This document shows, one piece after another, positions 39,083-53,299 of a stretch of DNA of 64,000 nucleotides (positions within the stretch are counted from its first letter, which is position 1; the number at the start of each line of letters is the position of its first letter). Under the pieces are notes generated by a model. It searched no databases and was not told the DNA's origin. It saw only the letters and a program-made list of their open reading frames with translations. This DNA comes from Eledone cirrhosa (taxonomy: Eukaryota), in the NCBI GenBank assembly GCA_964016885.1, contig OZ024741.1, positions 206,212,001 through 206,276,000 of the forward strand, in the 5' to 3' direction. A program made the position numbers and the translations under genes.

Positions 39083-39689
39083 TGTGTGCGTGTTTCTATC
39101 CGTGTCTGTGTGTGGTATTGGGGTCAATGAGAGTAATGTACAAAAGCAAGTATTAGTTTTCTGCGGATGTGAGTTGTTGTTATTACTTGAACTGTGAGAG
39201 TATTAGTGAAGTGATACTGCCAATCCACCGCCCTAACTTGATTGATAATAATAATAATAAACTTACTCATTGCACATCTATTAATGCAAAAACTACTTAA
39301 TTACTGTTGTGGATTTTGAACTGTCTTTTATTTTCTCTCTGTATGTTGCAGCATGTCAACTATGCTGGCACGTAATAATCTCTACTGCCTTATGCATCGT
39401 AAGCCTAAAAAATTTACATTCCTATACGTCTACTTGTTTGACCGGCTTTTCTCAATGTCTTTTTTTCCCCATTTTTTGTTATATTCAGTTTTGGCTAATG
39501 TTATTGAATTCAATCTCTTTTAATGATCCTGATAATACGCAGGTGTGGGAATGATTGTTAATTAATCATTACTGATTGATTCATTGTTTCCATATATATG
39601 CAAGCTGATCACCCGTATAGAAACAATTGTAGACATTAAAGATGGATTTAATAAAAAAACGGGTTTCTTCACTTTAGATTTATATATAC

Positions 39690-39932
39690 ATACATACGTA
39701 CATACATACATACATACATGCATACATACATGATGGCTGCCCCCTCGTTATCGAGTATGGCATTCGCACGATATAACATTTTTAATAATTATTAATTAAT
39801 GCAATCATGCAATGCTTGACGGGAAGATTTTTTTAAAGTGAGGAAAGACTGTGCACTGAGTCAATCCCACTCTCTGAGAGACAGTAGCTATATCCCGAAA
39901 AGAAGAAAAGATCAACATCATCGGTAACTACC
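39690..39932 (-). mobile_element. Internal-deletion derivative of the 28384 RTE (5'UTR fused to 3' end)
   Basis: Reverse strand matches 28533-28680, then directly 32627-32665 with a (TGTA)n tail. Confidence 0.85.
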
Positions 39933-40700
39933 ATCTTAAATCGAGAAAAAATCCTCCATACAACAAACTCCTGGAGGATTTTGAAACAGAAATGCTTAAT
40001 ATACTAAAGAAGATTAAATTCAAGAAAAACCCATATAAAGGTCACCAATACCTTAGAACTCTAAAGGAAAAATCTTGGATATAAAAAAAGTTAATAAAAT
40101 ATTGGTGAAGTCTGTCAAAACCAACAATTTATATGGGATAGATAAAGCTGAATATAATGATTTAATTTTAAAAGAACTGCGGGAAAATTAAAGAAAAGCC
40201 CCGGCCGAAGATCTTATAGACATCAATAATGACGCGTTTAAATTAATAGCCAAACTTGGAATTGAAGGAAGAACCGAGCCTTTTATACCTAGACAGCCGA
40301 GGATAAATTTTAAGGATCACAAGAGAAACTTTGAGGAAGACCTGCCAGTTAGACTGATAGCTCCATATAAATCGGATATTGGAGTAATCAGTAAGAATAT
40401 TATTGATAGAATTTTACCAACTCTAAAATTGAAGTCAAAATTTAGCTTATAGAAGGACACTAATGAAGTAATTGACTGGTTTAAAAATATAGAAAATAAG
40501 AAAAATCACAAATTCATCCAAATGGACATAGCAAGTTATTCTTCTTCTATTACACATAACCTATTAAATAAGGCTTTGTCTTATGCTTACAAACATACAG
40601 ATCTAACTGCAGATGAAATCAATATCATATTAACTGCGAGAAGAACTCTAATTAATTTCAACAATGAGTATTGGACCCGTTATGTAGATTTAAATAATTA
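39933..40700 (+). mobile_element. Naiad-type Penelope RT N-terminal fragment (decayed)
   Basis: KTNNLY, RINFKDHKRNF, PVRLI, TNEVIDWF, FIQMDI. Confidence 0.8.
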
Positions 40701-40959
40701 TTAGGATATGTGTACGTATGTGTAGGAAGAAGAAAGAGAAAGAAACAAGAGCTTGTATTTACCTTAATTTAAAAGAATTAACAGTTTGTAGGAATGGTGG
40801 AATATGATTCCAGAATTTAAAAAATTATTTAGTTATATTATTAGTTACATTATTGTATATATAATCAATTATATTATATGAAGAATTATGGTTGTAAGTA
40901 CATTTTATCTTATTACATTACAACCGGTTGTAAGTATATAAATATCTATATAGATTAAT

Positions 40960-42290
40960 AATTGTGCAGGTATAAGTATTATTGCTGATTTATAGAAATA
41001 AATCACAATCAATTAGTTGTTTACATTTCTCATATGAGTTACGAAGGATGTTGATTTTGGATTTTACATTAAAAGAAATTAAGAAAAAGACGTAGTTCAA
41101 GTTGTAAGAGAAGAACAATTTGTAGATTCAAATATTTTGTTCCAACATTGAAAATGTTTTCAGAATATTGTTAATTTAGCGAAGTTATATAGTTTATCAT
41201 ACATGTTATAATGTTTATGTTTCCTCAATTGTAAAGGAAAAGATAAATCCAATCTTATTTGCTAACCGTTATATTTGATGAATGATTTACTCAGAAAGTA
41301 TGTAGAGAAAATTATATATTACTTTGTATGAGATTAATTTTCTCAAGGATGAGAGTTTCAATTATATATTATTTTACTCGAAAGATGTGTGAAAAGTTTG
41401 AAGATCAAAAAAGAGGAAAAAGTATTATGCATTTCGAAGAACTATCGTAAAGAGGATATCTTTCAGAATGTCAATTAAAGATTATCAATCTACATTTAAA
41501 AAATAGATTTAGAATAGTATCATTAGGAAAATAATGTCAAATGGTAAAAATATTAAAATTAAGAAGAAAGATCATTTAAAAAAATCTTAAATTTTTACAG
41601 AAATACTCAGTAAATAATAGGATCATTTTAAAGGTGTATAAGATATAGTCAAGTGTAATGAATATCATAAATTAAAAATACTTCTGAAAGTGGATTTTGG
41701 CGATGTCTGCAACTAGAAAATAATTCTGTTTTAAGATTAATAGAGTTTTGACAGTTAATTATTAAAAAAATGTCCTCGATACACAAATGACAGATTCCTG
41801 AGAAAGCCATATTTCGGTATGAAGGTGCTTTCGAAATCGATGCCCAAGATATTGAATAGTCTATATTGTTGTCTTTTAAATTCCAAATTAAATGTGAAAG
41901 TGAAGTAGAAGATTTTTTATCGGACCTATTAAATGTATGTTTATGATTGTACCAGCGTTCTTTGAATTTTGTAGAAGTGTCAACTTTATAGTTAAATATG
42001 TTCTCTCTAGTTTTAACTGTGCATTTATAAATTACGTTTTTGTCTAAGCAATTATTTTGTAAAGGACAGTTTGATTTAATTCTACAGTTACATTTTCTGG
42101 AGTTGTTGTTATTAGGAACGGTACTATTATTATGAAAATTGTTGTTAGAAATATTATTATTGCTATCTTGGTTTGTTTGGTTAGGGTTTAAATTTAAGTT
42201 TCTATTATTAATTCTATTTATATTTTGTGCTATGTTCATAGTAGTAACGTACGATAGTTTTATAGTGTGTCTGTTAATAGACAATCTAGA
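40960..42290 (-). mobile_element. Inverted duplicate of the 3' end (GIY-YIG plus UTR) of the adjacent Naiad element
   Basis: ORF 41649-42323 reads CNCRIKSNCPL..VIYKC..FKERWYNH..CHLC..SSCRH; near-identical reverse complement of 43575-44885. Confidence 0.9.
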
Positions 42291-44885
42291 AAAAACAAAG
42301 AAGATCCTTGTAAAATCTGACAAAAAAAAATGTATATGGTATGGAAAAGGACGACTATAATAACATAATACTGGAAGAACTCAGGAAAAACTACAAAAGG
42401 ATATCAAATGAAGATCTTTCAACCTTAAATAGGGAAGCTTCGGTAATTAATTATAAATTAGGCATTCAAACTAGGACTGAACCCTTTTTACCTAGAAAAC
42501 CAAAGATTAACTTCAAAGACCACAAAAGAAATTTTGAAATTAAACTACCAGTCAGACTCATCACACCATCTAAATCTGACTTAGGCATAATTAGCAAGCA
42601 TATACTAGATATAATTATACCACTACTTAAAGAAAAATCACACCTTAAACTATGGAACGGTACTAATGAAGTAATAGATTGGTTTAAAAACATAAAATTA
42701 AAACACAAGAAAAAATTCTTTCAAATGGATATTGCAAATTACTACTTCTCTATTACCGCTAGCTTACTTAATAAGGCACTTATCTATGCTTCTAAACACA
42801 CATACCTATCTAGTGAAGAAATGAATATCATTCTAACAGCAAGTAAAACGCTAATAGAATTTAATAATCATCTCTGGACAAGAGCCGACAGAAAAATCAA
42901 TTTTGATATCACTATGGGATTATATGACTCGGCGCAAGTAACGGACCTCGTTGGATTATTTCTACTGCATAGAAAAATACCAGAGATGACCGGAGGTTTA
43001 TATCGCGACGATATGTTACTTTTAATTGAAAAGCAATAGTGAAATTAATAGGAAAAAAAATCCATAATACAACTACAACCTTAATTTAGAAATCGAGAAT
43101 AATTACAAAATCGTTAACTTCTTAGATGTAACCTTAAACCTTACCTCAGGTCTTTACTATCCATTCCATAAAATGAACGAAAATCTAAATTACGTAAGTT
43201 TCAATTCTAATCATACTAGAAATATAAAAAACACCATTGTCAATAGCGTCCAGCAACGGATTTCACGCATCTCCGCTAATAAAAATATTTTTGATGATAA
43301 GGCAGATATTACAATGAGGATTTATATAGAGCAGGATACTCGAATAAAATTAAATACATAGATAACACTAACATGACAAATCATCCTAGGATTCATTATA
43401 ATAACAATAAACAATTCAACTTAAATAGTAAACCAAACAAAAAAAAAATAAAACTAGAAATATTATTTGGTACTCTCCCCCATTCTCATTAGGCGTTAAA
43501 ACACATTTAGCAAAGCTATTTTTTAAAGCACTGGATAAGTGTTTTCCTAAAGCCCACACATACCACTCTATTTTTAACAGACACACTATAAAACTATCCT
43601 ACTCTACTACTATGAACATACCACAAAATATGAATAGAATTAATAATAGAAACTTAAATTTAAACCCTAACCAAAGAAACCAATAATAATATTTCTAACA
43701 ACAATATTCATAATAATAGTACCGTTCCTAATAACAACTCCAGAAAATGTAACTGTAGAATTAAATCAAACTGCTCTTTACAAAATAATTGCTTAGACAA
43801 AAATGTAATTTATAAATGCACAACTAAAACTAGAGACAAACTATTTAACTATATAGGTGCCATTTCTACAAAATTCAAAGAACGCTGGTAGAACTATAAA
43901 CATACATTTAACAGATCCGATAAAAAATCTTCTACTTCACTTTTACATTTAATTTGGAATTTAAAAGACAACAATATAGACTATTCAATATCTTGGGCAA
44001 CGATTTCGAAAGCACCTTCATACCGAAATATGGCTTTCTCAAGAATCTGTCATTTGTGTATCGAGCACATTTTTTAAATAATTAACTGTCAAAATTCTAT
44101 TAATCTTAAAACAGAATTATTTTCTAGTTGCAGACATCGCCAAAATCCACTTTCAGAAGTATTTTTAATTTATGATATTCATTACACTTGACTATATCTT
44201 ATACACCTTTAAAATGATCCTATTATTTACTGAGTATTTCTGTAAAAATTTAAGATTTTTTTAAATGATCTTTCTTCTTAATTTTAATATTTTTACCATT
44301 TGACATTATTTTCCTAATGATACTATTCTAAATCTATTTTTTTAAATGTAGATTGATAATCTTTAATTGACATTCTGAAAGATATCCTCTTTACGATAGT
44401 TCTTCGAAAGGCATAATACTTTTTCCTCTTTTTTGATCTTCAAACTTTTCACACATCTTTCGAGTAAAATAATATATAATTGAAACTCTCATCCTTTAAA
44501 AAAATTAATCTCACACAAAGTAATATATAATTTTCTCTACATACTTTCTGAGTAAATCATTCATCAAATATAACGGTTAGCAAATAAGATTGGATTTATC
44601 TTTTCCTTTACAATTGAGCAAACATAAACATTATGACATGTATGATAAACTATATAACTTCGCTAAATTAACAATATTCTGAAAACATTTTCAATGTTGG
44701 AACAAAATATTTGAATCTACAAAGTGTTCTTCTCTTACAACTTAAACTACGTCTTTTTCTTAATTTCTTTTAATGTAAAATCCAAAATCAACATCCGTCG
44801 TAACTCATATGAGAAATGTAAATAACTAATAATTGTGATTTATTTCTCAATCACCAATAATACTTATACTTGCACAATTATTAAT
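42290..44885 (+). mobile_element. 5'-truncated Naiad-type Penelope element (RT plus GIY-YIG, frameshifted)
   Basis: LWNGTNEVIDWF, FDITMG..DSAQVTDLVG, GLYRDD, VNFLDVTLNL, then the EN domain. Confidence 0.9.
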
Positions 44886-44898
44886 GTACATAGATGTA

Positions 44899-45470
44899 CA
44901 TGTTCGTATAGTACTGACCCGTACGGGTCAGTACTATACGAACATGCTAGACAACAACATGACGGTAACATAGACAACATAGAAATTAGAATAATATCTA
45001 AACATAGGAATGACCCAGCAGATAGGCAAATCAGAGAGGCCAGTGAAATAGAAATTAGAAGACCAAAGCTAAACAGAAAGAATGAGTGGAACAACAACAA
45101 CACCCAAACGAACAACACTGACCTAAGAGAAGTATAAATAAGTAAATAAATAAAATAAAATAAAATAAGATAAATAAATACATACACAAGCACAATAACA
45201 ACAAGCACATAAACACACACTAGTCACCCAGCAGATACAACACTATACACACTAGTCACACAGCACACACAACACTGTACACACACGCAAACGCATGCTC
45301 AAAGAAGACAAAATAAAATAAACAAACAAGCAAATAAATAAATAAATATATAGTCAGACTGAATAAAAAATGGCGTAGACATACAACACAACAGGAGGAA
45401 AAAATATAACACCACTGACGATGTTGCAGATGTGCAACGAAAGATTTATGTAAATTATGTAAACTATATA
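44899..45470 (+). mobile_element. Penelope 3' fragment with 5' hairpin and partial HHR (45411-45445)
   Basis: EHARQQH..DRQIREASEI..RPKLNRKNE; perfect palindrome at 44899-44946; CTGACGA-t-gttgca/tgcaac-GAAA without a clear stem I partner. Confidence 0.7.
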
Positions 45471-45702
45471 TATGTGTTTGTGTCTATATTGTATCTGTAT
45501 TATCTTTGACCGTCGGTCAGTCAATGGCAACATTGAGGACCGATTAAGTTAGATCGCAGATATAAAAGACAGCGAGAAGCGAAAACCAACCAAACAGTGA
45601 GTGTCTTCTGTTATTAATTCTGGCAATATTACACAAATATGACCCTCCCCAAGTATAACAATATTTGTTTCGACACACGATTTCATATAAAAAACCTCGC
45701 TA

Positions 45703-45766
<64 letters not shown>

Positions 45767-46069
45767 GAAAGGGTTTGAAGCGATGAGAGCATATGGATTT
45801 TCATAAAATTGTAGTATTTTTAGCGCGAAGGGTAGCTGCAAACAGCTGAATACTATATGTATAGTAAAACGTCAGGTTAAGATATAACTATATATTGAAC
45901 GGAGAGCGGGAGAAAATGGAAGAAAGAAAGTCTAAAGCATGAGATGAGAAATGAGGGGGGCATAGAGAAAGAAGAGAAGAATGAAAAGCGGGAATGAGAT
46001 CGATGAAGCAGAGTATTTTTACTTAGCTAGCAGTTGGCTTTTGAGACTGAGGCATCCTCTAACAATTTC

Positions 46070-46395
46070 GCTCTTTCAGTTCAAATCATTATTTTTCGGT
46101 CATGACGAACCTCGTTATAGTCTAAATGTCTCACTAAGACAGAGACGACATCTCTTGGTACAATTGTTGTAAGGACTGGTTCTTTCAAACAAGTTCCAAG
46201 TAATCATACGTGGGACTTTCTTCTGTAACTACCAGACTTTTTTGCAAAAGCTGTACTGGTTCTATTATCGAAGGCATAGAGATGCGAGTAAAAACGTCGT
46301 TTAAAACGATATGGCACCATATCGACGTATCTTATGCTAAATACATAATTTCCTGTGGCCTTCTGTGTAATCTCTGAGAGCAGCTTGGTTTTATA
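46070..46395 (-). mobile_element. Decayed Naiad GIY-YIG fragment
   Basis: FKRRFYSHL..RTSTA; homologous to 52560-52850. Confidence 0.6.
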
Positions 46396-46666
46396 CACAC
46401 GCGCACACGCACACTCACACACATACACACACATACATACATACAGAGAGAGAGAGAGAGAGAGAGAGACACACACACACATATATATATATGTATATGT
46501 ATAAAGGATAATAAAATATCGTTATAGGTAATCCAATTAGAGGTTGTGAATTCTCATTATGGATAGTTTTAGCATACGGCGTTGCTTGACTCAACAAGAG
46601 GTTTACGCAGACGACGAGTTTATGATTTCACTTGTATTTCTATGTAAGTTTATTTTGGAGTAATAC

Positions 46667-46860
46667 AATTGAAAAAGTGGAGAATAATATGGTCAACAGT
46701 ACAACAATAAGGGATTTATTTGCAGTCTAACAATTGTTTCACTGATAAAGTTGTCTAAATATTGTTGCAATGTTTAGACAACTTTATCAGTGAAACAATT
46801 GTTAGACTGCAAATAAATCCCCCTTTTTGTACTGTTGACCATGTTATTCTCCACTTTTTC

Positions 46861-46864
<4 letters not shown>
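46667..46864. repeat. Palindrome of two HHR 3' halves
   Basis: Arms meet near 46765; each carries GAAA-CAATTG-TT-agactgc. Confidence 0.8.
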
Positions 46865-46937
<73 letters not shown>

Positions 46938-49036
46938 CATATATATGTATGTGTATGTGTGTATATACACACACATGCGCACACTCTCTCTCTCAGTTTT
47001 ACACACACACGCACTCAGACACACACACATATATATGTATATATGTACATGTACATATAAGCCTGGTCATGTACACATATACGCTCACACACAGAAACAC
47101 AACATACTCTCCATCACACCCATTACTGATATTTGTGTATGCCCGAAGGACAACTTATCTGTCTTTGTTTATGTGTATTTTGTCATTTTCACAGAATAAA
47201 TATATGTATTCACCTGAGCGCATGAACTAGTGTATCTATGCCTAGGCACAATATAGGTAGCTGCAAGGTGAAACTATGCATTAGTTTTTACACATGACTA
47301 GAATATCAGAGATACCTATATATTTACCAAATAATAATGAAGAACAACATTAATCTGCTGACATATATGTAGTAGCTTTAGCTACTAGAAATAGCAACCA
47401 AATTCTACTCAAACTTTACTTTATTGTATTAGAAAATGATGTAAACATAGGTAATACTGCCTAAATATGTAAATTGGATAAATTTTCACAGCCGAAACAA
47501 TTTTGTTCAAAAGTCTGACCAATCACTAATGATCTTTGGCTAAACAACACGAACATCAATGTACACGACTCACAATAGCACTTCTTGTTCGCTCGATCTT
47601 TCAAAAATTGCAGCCAAATCTCCCTTAAATCATACTTTATCCTTTGATGGAGTATCCATAGGGAATATAACTGGCATGTCTTTGATAATGAATCAGGGCA
47701 TTACTGAAACTAAACAACGGCAATAAAAACAACAATGTGAGATCGACTTGACTGTCATTTTAACTGCTAATACATTTTAATATAAATCATTGTTGCATAC
47801 ATTAAGGAATTAACTGACATCCAATGTGGCCACTTTTGAAAACATATTGCCTCAATAAACCTGTTTGTCTACGAAATATTGCTACAAATCAGAGTAAGTA
47901 CGTAGAAATTGTGGAAACTGTGATATTTCAGTTGACAGAAGTTTCAGTTTATTCCTCTGCGTTTTGCAATTTCAAAATATCGGCTACTTCCTGATAGATT
48001 TATCATTGAACTTATAGCGGTGGACAAGTTTGGTATCATGAGTCCTCCAACAACCTCCCTACTCATTGCTATTGGAACGGAGTTGGCCACTCATAAAATT
48101 GAACCTTGATAGTTGGAATGGCTCTTTTAGTGCATCTCACTCGCTTTCTTCACTGGATCAACGAGGCGGCATACGTCTGAGGTTTTGCTCGTCGGAGAGG
48201 CTGAGCGGACAAATAGGGTGTGGTTGGCTGACAAACTTTCATCGTCTGGTTCATACTATTACCGATGGTCACTACATATATACATGCATGCACCAACTAG
48301 ACACAATACCAACGTAAATACAATTACAATCATATCTCAAATGAGGAATGGGATATCATATTACTAGATGCCTAGATGTACAAAACACTGGATGGTCAAG
48401 GCTGAAACGACTTTGGTAGTAGAAATGTCATGGAACGATAACACAACAACAACGACACAGACAATAGGAGCAACAACAACAGCATAATAACAAAGGCAAC
48501 AGTAAAAGATAATGACACGATAGCAAAAGTGTCTATTCTAACTGCAATTGCAACACACCTCACGGAGTCAAAATGAAGTGAATCTTGTGAAACGTAACTA
48601 AGTAATGGCGAACTATTCTTATCGTGTGGCATACGAAAATATTTATAGTAACGCCATTTTGTTTTCAGTCTTGGTCGAGATCTACTCCCCATCTCCCGTC
48701 CTATCTTCATGTTTCTCGTCTCTCTCATTTTATTTCTCCTTCTCTCTCTTACACTTTCATTCATTTACTTTCTCCTTCTCACGTCACTTCACTCCTTCTC
48801 TCGCTATTTCTCTCTGTCTATTATTTTTTCTATCATATTTCTTCAATATTTGTATCTTTCACTTTCGATAGCTTTTTCGATCCATAAAACCTTCCATATC
48901 GTCTTTATCACATTCACTCGTACTGCATCTATCTCCCTATGCCCCCTCCATCCTCCTCTTCCTCGCCCACACTGCGTTTCCTACCCTTTCGTTCCCACGT
49001 CACCCCTTTCACTTTCACTCTCTTATTCGTCTAAAC

Positions 49037-49329
49037 CAGTCATGGGCAACCTGAGGCCCACGAAGCTTTCTGAATGGCTCGTCTAAGTCACCTAAGTGAA
49101 ATCTTTCAGATTGTTTTACCCCAACTTTTCAGTCGTAATTTATCTTTCTATTATTTTTACGATCGAGGAAAACAACGTGTACGAATTCTGAAGAAACAAA
49201 TCAAATCAACCTGAGTTGATCACCTTTTTTTTTTAATGTGGGCACGAATGCAAATTAGCACTTGCGGCCCGCCTGATGATGAGCCATATCTCATGCGGCC
49301 CGATTCTCGAAAAAGGTTGCCCGTGCCTA
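49037..49329. mobile_element. hAT MITE, inverted copy of 12172-12461
   Basis: CAGTCATGGGCAAC..GTTGCCCGTGCCTA; degenerate TSD gtctaaac/ttttaaac. Confidence 0.8.
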
Positions 49330-50354
49330 TTTTAAACCTTAAGTTTTCTTATGGTTGTGCCCTTTTTTATTCTCATACAAAAATATTCTGTGTATGGTTT
49401 TCTCTGTGTGGCATGTAGTGTGTATGAGTCTGTGTTTTTATGTCTCTCTCTCTCCCACTCTCTCTATTCCTCTCTCTCCCTCTTTTTCTTTCTCTCTCTG
49501 TGTCTGTGGATGGTTTTAGGTATTTGTGTATTTTTGTTTGTACCTGTGTTTATTTGTGTGTGTTTTTGTGTGTTTATTTGTAGGAGTGGCTGTTACGTTC
49601 CATATTTAAGCTCTTTATATTCTTATTTTATTTTACTTCACTTCAGTGCAGAAGGAACACATATATTTAAACATAAGTATAGATACATTTATGAGTGTAG
49701 CCCACCTTCAAAGATGTGACTCAATGAATGAATGAATTAAATAAATAATCATTAATCAGAGCTATATATAATTATAAGTTTGAAGAACAGGGAGATAAAA
49801 TTTACCTAATTTTTCTTCTTAGTCCTGAGAAATTAACTAAATTAATCAATTAAACGGAGCTAAGTTTAAAATATAAGTTTGAAGAAATAATAGATAAATG
49901 TTTACCAATATCTCTCTAGCCCCGACTGTCGACAATTTCACTTGTACTTCGTAGAAATGTGTAATCGCTGCATTATCCATGAGGCTTCAAGCTTATAAAG
50001 AAAGTCCCTCAGTTAGGACCGATGTTTTTCCAAAGTGATCACTTCCAGTAACAAATTCGAAGAAGGTGAACATTATCACGTGACTAGCGGTCAAGATAGA
50101 AATGTTGTGAAGGGTAGTTTGATGGTCAGTAAATTCATTGCTAGAAGAAGCAGTTAGTTACACCCTAATTTTACTCAACTGTAAGGGATTTAGAACAAAG
50201 TCAGAAGGAACACACACACACACAAACACACACACACTCACACACACACATATATATATATATATATACACATACACATACATATATACATATATATATA
50301 TACACACACACATACATATATACATATATATATATATACATACATATATATATA

Positions 50355-50685
50355 TATACGATATTAATAAATGGAAATTATATTTATAAAACCATATCTA
50401 TTTCATTATATATATTTCAAGGATACCAAGTTACATTATGGTATGCCTTCATCAGACAAAATACAACATATAACAGTTTTATAAATAGACATTGACGTAC
50501 CCCTTTTAAAAATTGATGGCCTCCAAAAACAACGGTCAATTTTTAAATGTCTATTTATAAAACTGTTATATATTGTATTTTGTCTGATGAAGGCATACCA
50601 TAATGTAACTTGGTATCCTTGAAATATATATAATGAAATAGATATGGTTTTATAAATATAGTTTCCATTTATTAATATCGTATAT
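50355..50685. repeat. Palindrome of family F2 with complete HHRs in both arms (50399-50463 minus; 50576-50640 plus)
   Basis: tattttgt-CTGATGA-aggcatacca/tggtatcctt-GAAA-TATATA-TA-atgaaata. Confidence 0.85.
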
Positions 50686-50899
50686 CTACTCCAAATATTT
50701 GTCGAGTGCTTTATATCAGTTATAAAAATATTTGCTTGTTGTATCCCAACAATTTAAATAAAACTTTTGCATATATATATATATATATATTTCTTTTCTA
50801 CACATTTCATACTTGACGACCCAATATATATATGAAGTAGTGTAGTTAATAGGAAGCATTCTGTGATATGTGATAAAAGCATAAACGCCGGTACAACGT

Positions 50900-51230
50900 G
50901 GAAGAAAACTACAAAGGGCAATTCTTTATTGTCCCATCAACTATGCAGAAATGTGAATGAGAGCGTATGTGGTCTATAAGATCACCTGCAAAACATGTAG
51001 CTCCTCGTACATTGGAAGGACCGTCCGGATGTTGCACATAGGATAAAAAAGCACATGACGACGAGAGCTTCTGTTAAAAAACATCTTGACAGATGCAACA
51101 GTGAATACATTGGGGTCAACATAGAGGCAACAGAAAGTAATATAAGCAATCTAAGAATCCAAGAGGCCATTATCATCGGCCTGGAAAGACCAAAATAAAT
51201 AATAGATTGGAAATGCACGAGGCAGACTGG
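50900..51230 (+). mobile_element. Penelope GIY-YIG relic
   Basis: RIKKHM..SVKKHLDRC..LRIQEAIIIGLERPKINNRLE. Confidence 0.6.
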
Positions 51231-51469
51231 TTGCTATACGATTTGACGCATGCGTATTTCAGACATGTAAGCCAGTCAAGGAGATTAAACACATCGATAG
51301 TTTGTCTTGGTTTTAACTTTTTCAGCCCCACATTTGAAAAGAAATGTTGAAATGCACTGTTGAAATACACTGTTTTACTTATCATCATTTGTCCTTTGTA
51401 TTTTTCTACTGCATTGTATCGACCTTTTGAAAATTATCGGTCTTTTCTGTATATATATATAGAAATTTT

Positions 51470-52870
51470 AAGGGACATCGACACCTGTATAATTAAAAAC
51501 ACCAATCAACAGCTTTCATATCCTGTTTCACAGAAACTCCCTTTAAGAACAGGATCAAATTCAGAGAGTTTGATATTTTAGATATTTCTCCCTTTATTTC
51601 TAGGATCCTTCTTAATAACGCTTTAGACTTTGCTCGTTCTTTTGTATACATCAGTGATGTATATATTCCACGTACGTAGAAACTTCCTATTTAGTAACGG
51701 TACTATCTGGATAAAAAAATCTGATCCAGGTGATTCTTTTGATGACTTCATGGGGTCCTATGACAATGCTGATATTCTTAATTTTATCGGCTTAGACATT
51801 TTTCATACGCTAAATTCTAAATTCCCCAACCACACCTATGGCGTATACCGTGACGATCGTCTTTCATTTTCACACGATCATAACGGACACACACTCAGGA
51901 CATATTCCGCAAAAATTAATTGATACTTTTCATGCACTAGGACTTAAAATTACGGTTGATACAAATCTTTCTAATCCAAACTTCCTTAATGTAAACTTAG
52001 ACCTAATCACAGCTATAAGCATAACAAAATATTCTTACTATAAGCCAAATGAAAAATTCTTATATATTAATAAAGCCTCATGCCACCCCTCTGCTGTTTT
52101 AAAAAAAATAGTTTCTAATATTAGTCGTAGGATCTCAAATCTATCAGCTACCAGGGAGATTTTCAATAAGGATGTGCCTTATAGTAATTTTAAGGACAAA
52201 ACTAAGTACACACTCAAACATCTCCAACACAACCATGCTAAAAATGCCAACAGAAAATAATTAACTGGTTCGCATTCCCTTTTCCCTTAAAGTAAAGAAT
52301 ATCGTAGGTAAGAAGTTTTTAGATTTATTAGATAGACATTTCCCTCCACATATAGATACAGTAAAATATTCAATCGCAATTCCGCTAAGATATCCTATTC
52401 ATGTGAGCCGTCTATGAGATAAAAAAAAATTACTGCAAAGAATATAGCCGACGTTAATCCAAGCTAAACTTGTAGAGCTGCGCTCTTTAACAGAAATGTT
52501 ATGATTACACACACAGGCGGAGATTACGCACAACACCACAGAAAATTCTGAAGTTAGCGAACGATACGTCGGTGTCGTGCAAGACCGTTTAATACAACGT
52601 TTTTACTTGCATCTGCACTCCTTCAGCAATCCTGATATGAGAACCAGTACTGCCGTGGAAAAATTCTGGTAATTAAAGGAGAAAGGAATCCCACATAAGA
52701 TTACTTAGAAGTTACTTGAAAGATCCAATCCTTACACCAATGGTACCAAGAGATGTCGTCACAATCTTAGTGAGAAATTTAGAATACTACAAGGCTGGTC
52801 ATCTTCGAACAATAGTTATTTGAACTCAAAGAGCGAAATTTTTAGAGGATCAATATTTGACCTCGATATA
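51470..52870 (+). mobile_element. Decayed Naiad-type Penelope (RT plus EN)
   Basis: FDDFMGSYDNA, GVYRDD, NFLNVNLDL, YINKASCHP, ISRRIS. Confidence 0.8.
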
Positions 52871-52929
52871 TTAGGTAGCGCTTTTGTACATAAACATAAA
52901 ATAAATAATATATATAAATAATATATATA

Positions 52930-52999
<70 letters not shown>

Positions 53000-53248
53000 C
53001 CCATACACATACAAACGTAGAATATTGATTTTATCGGACAAGGAACCTTTGACAGTAGCTTCGAGATTTTACCTATTGACAACTTCGTCAGACTTACACA
53101 CACATATGCACACACACACACACACACGCACACAATATATAAATATGTTTATACTTATATACATGTTTATATATGTATATATATGTATCTATATATGTAT
53201 CTCTCTCTCTCTTTCTCTCTATCTCTCTTACTCTCTCTCTCTCTCTCT

Positions 53249-53282
<34 letters not shown>

Positions 53283-53299
53283 GGTTTTATAGCTTGTTT

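Noticed and set aside
41649-42323. Selenocysteine-encoding Naiad endonuclease
   Set aside because: The conserved Cys positions (CNC, CPL, CHLC, CRH) are TGT/TGC codons here, as are the CNC/CPL positions in the 4930-5290 copy; no in-frame TGA at those sites.
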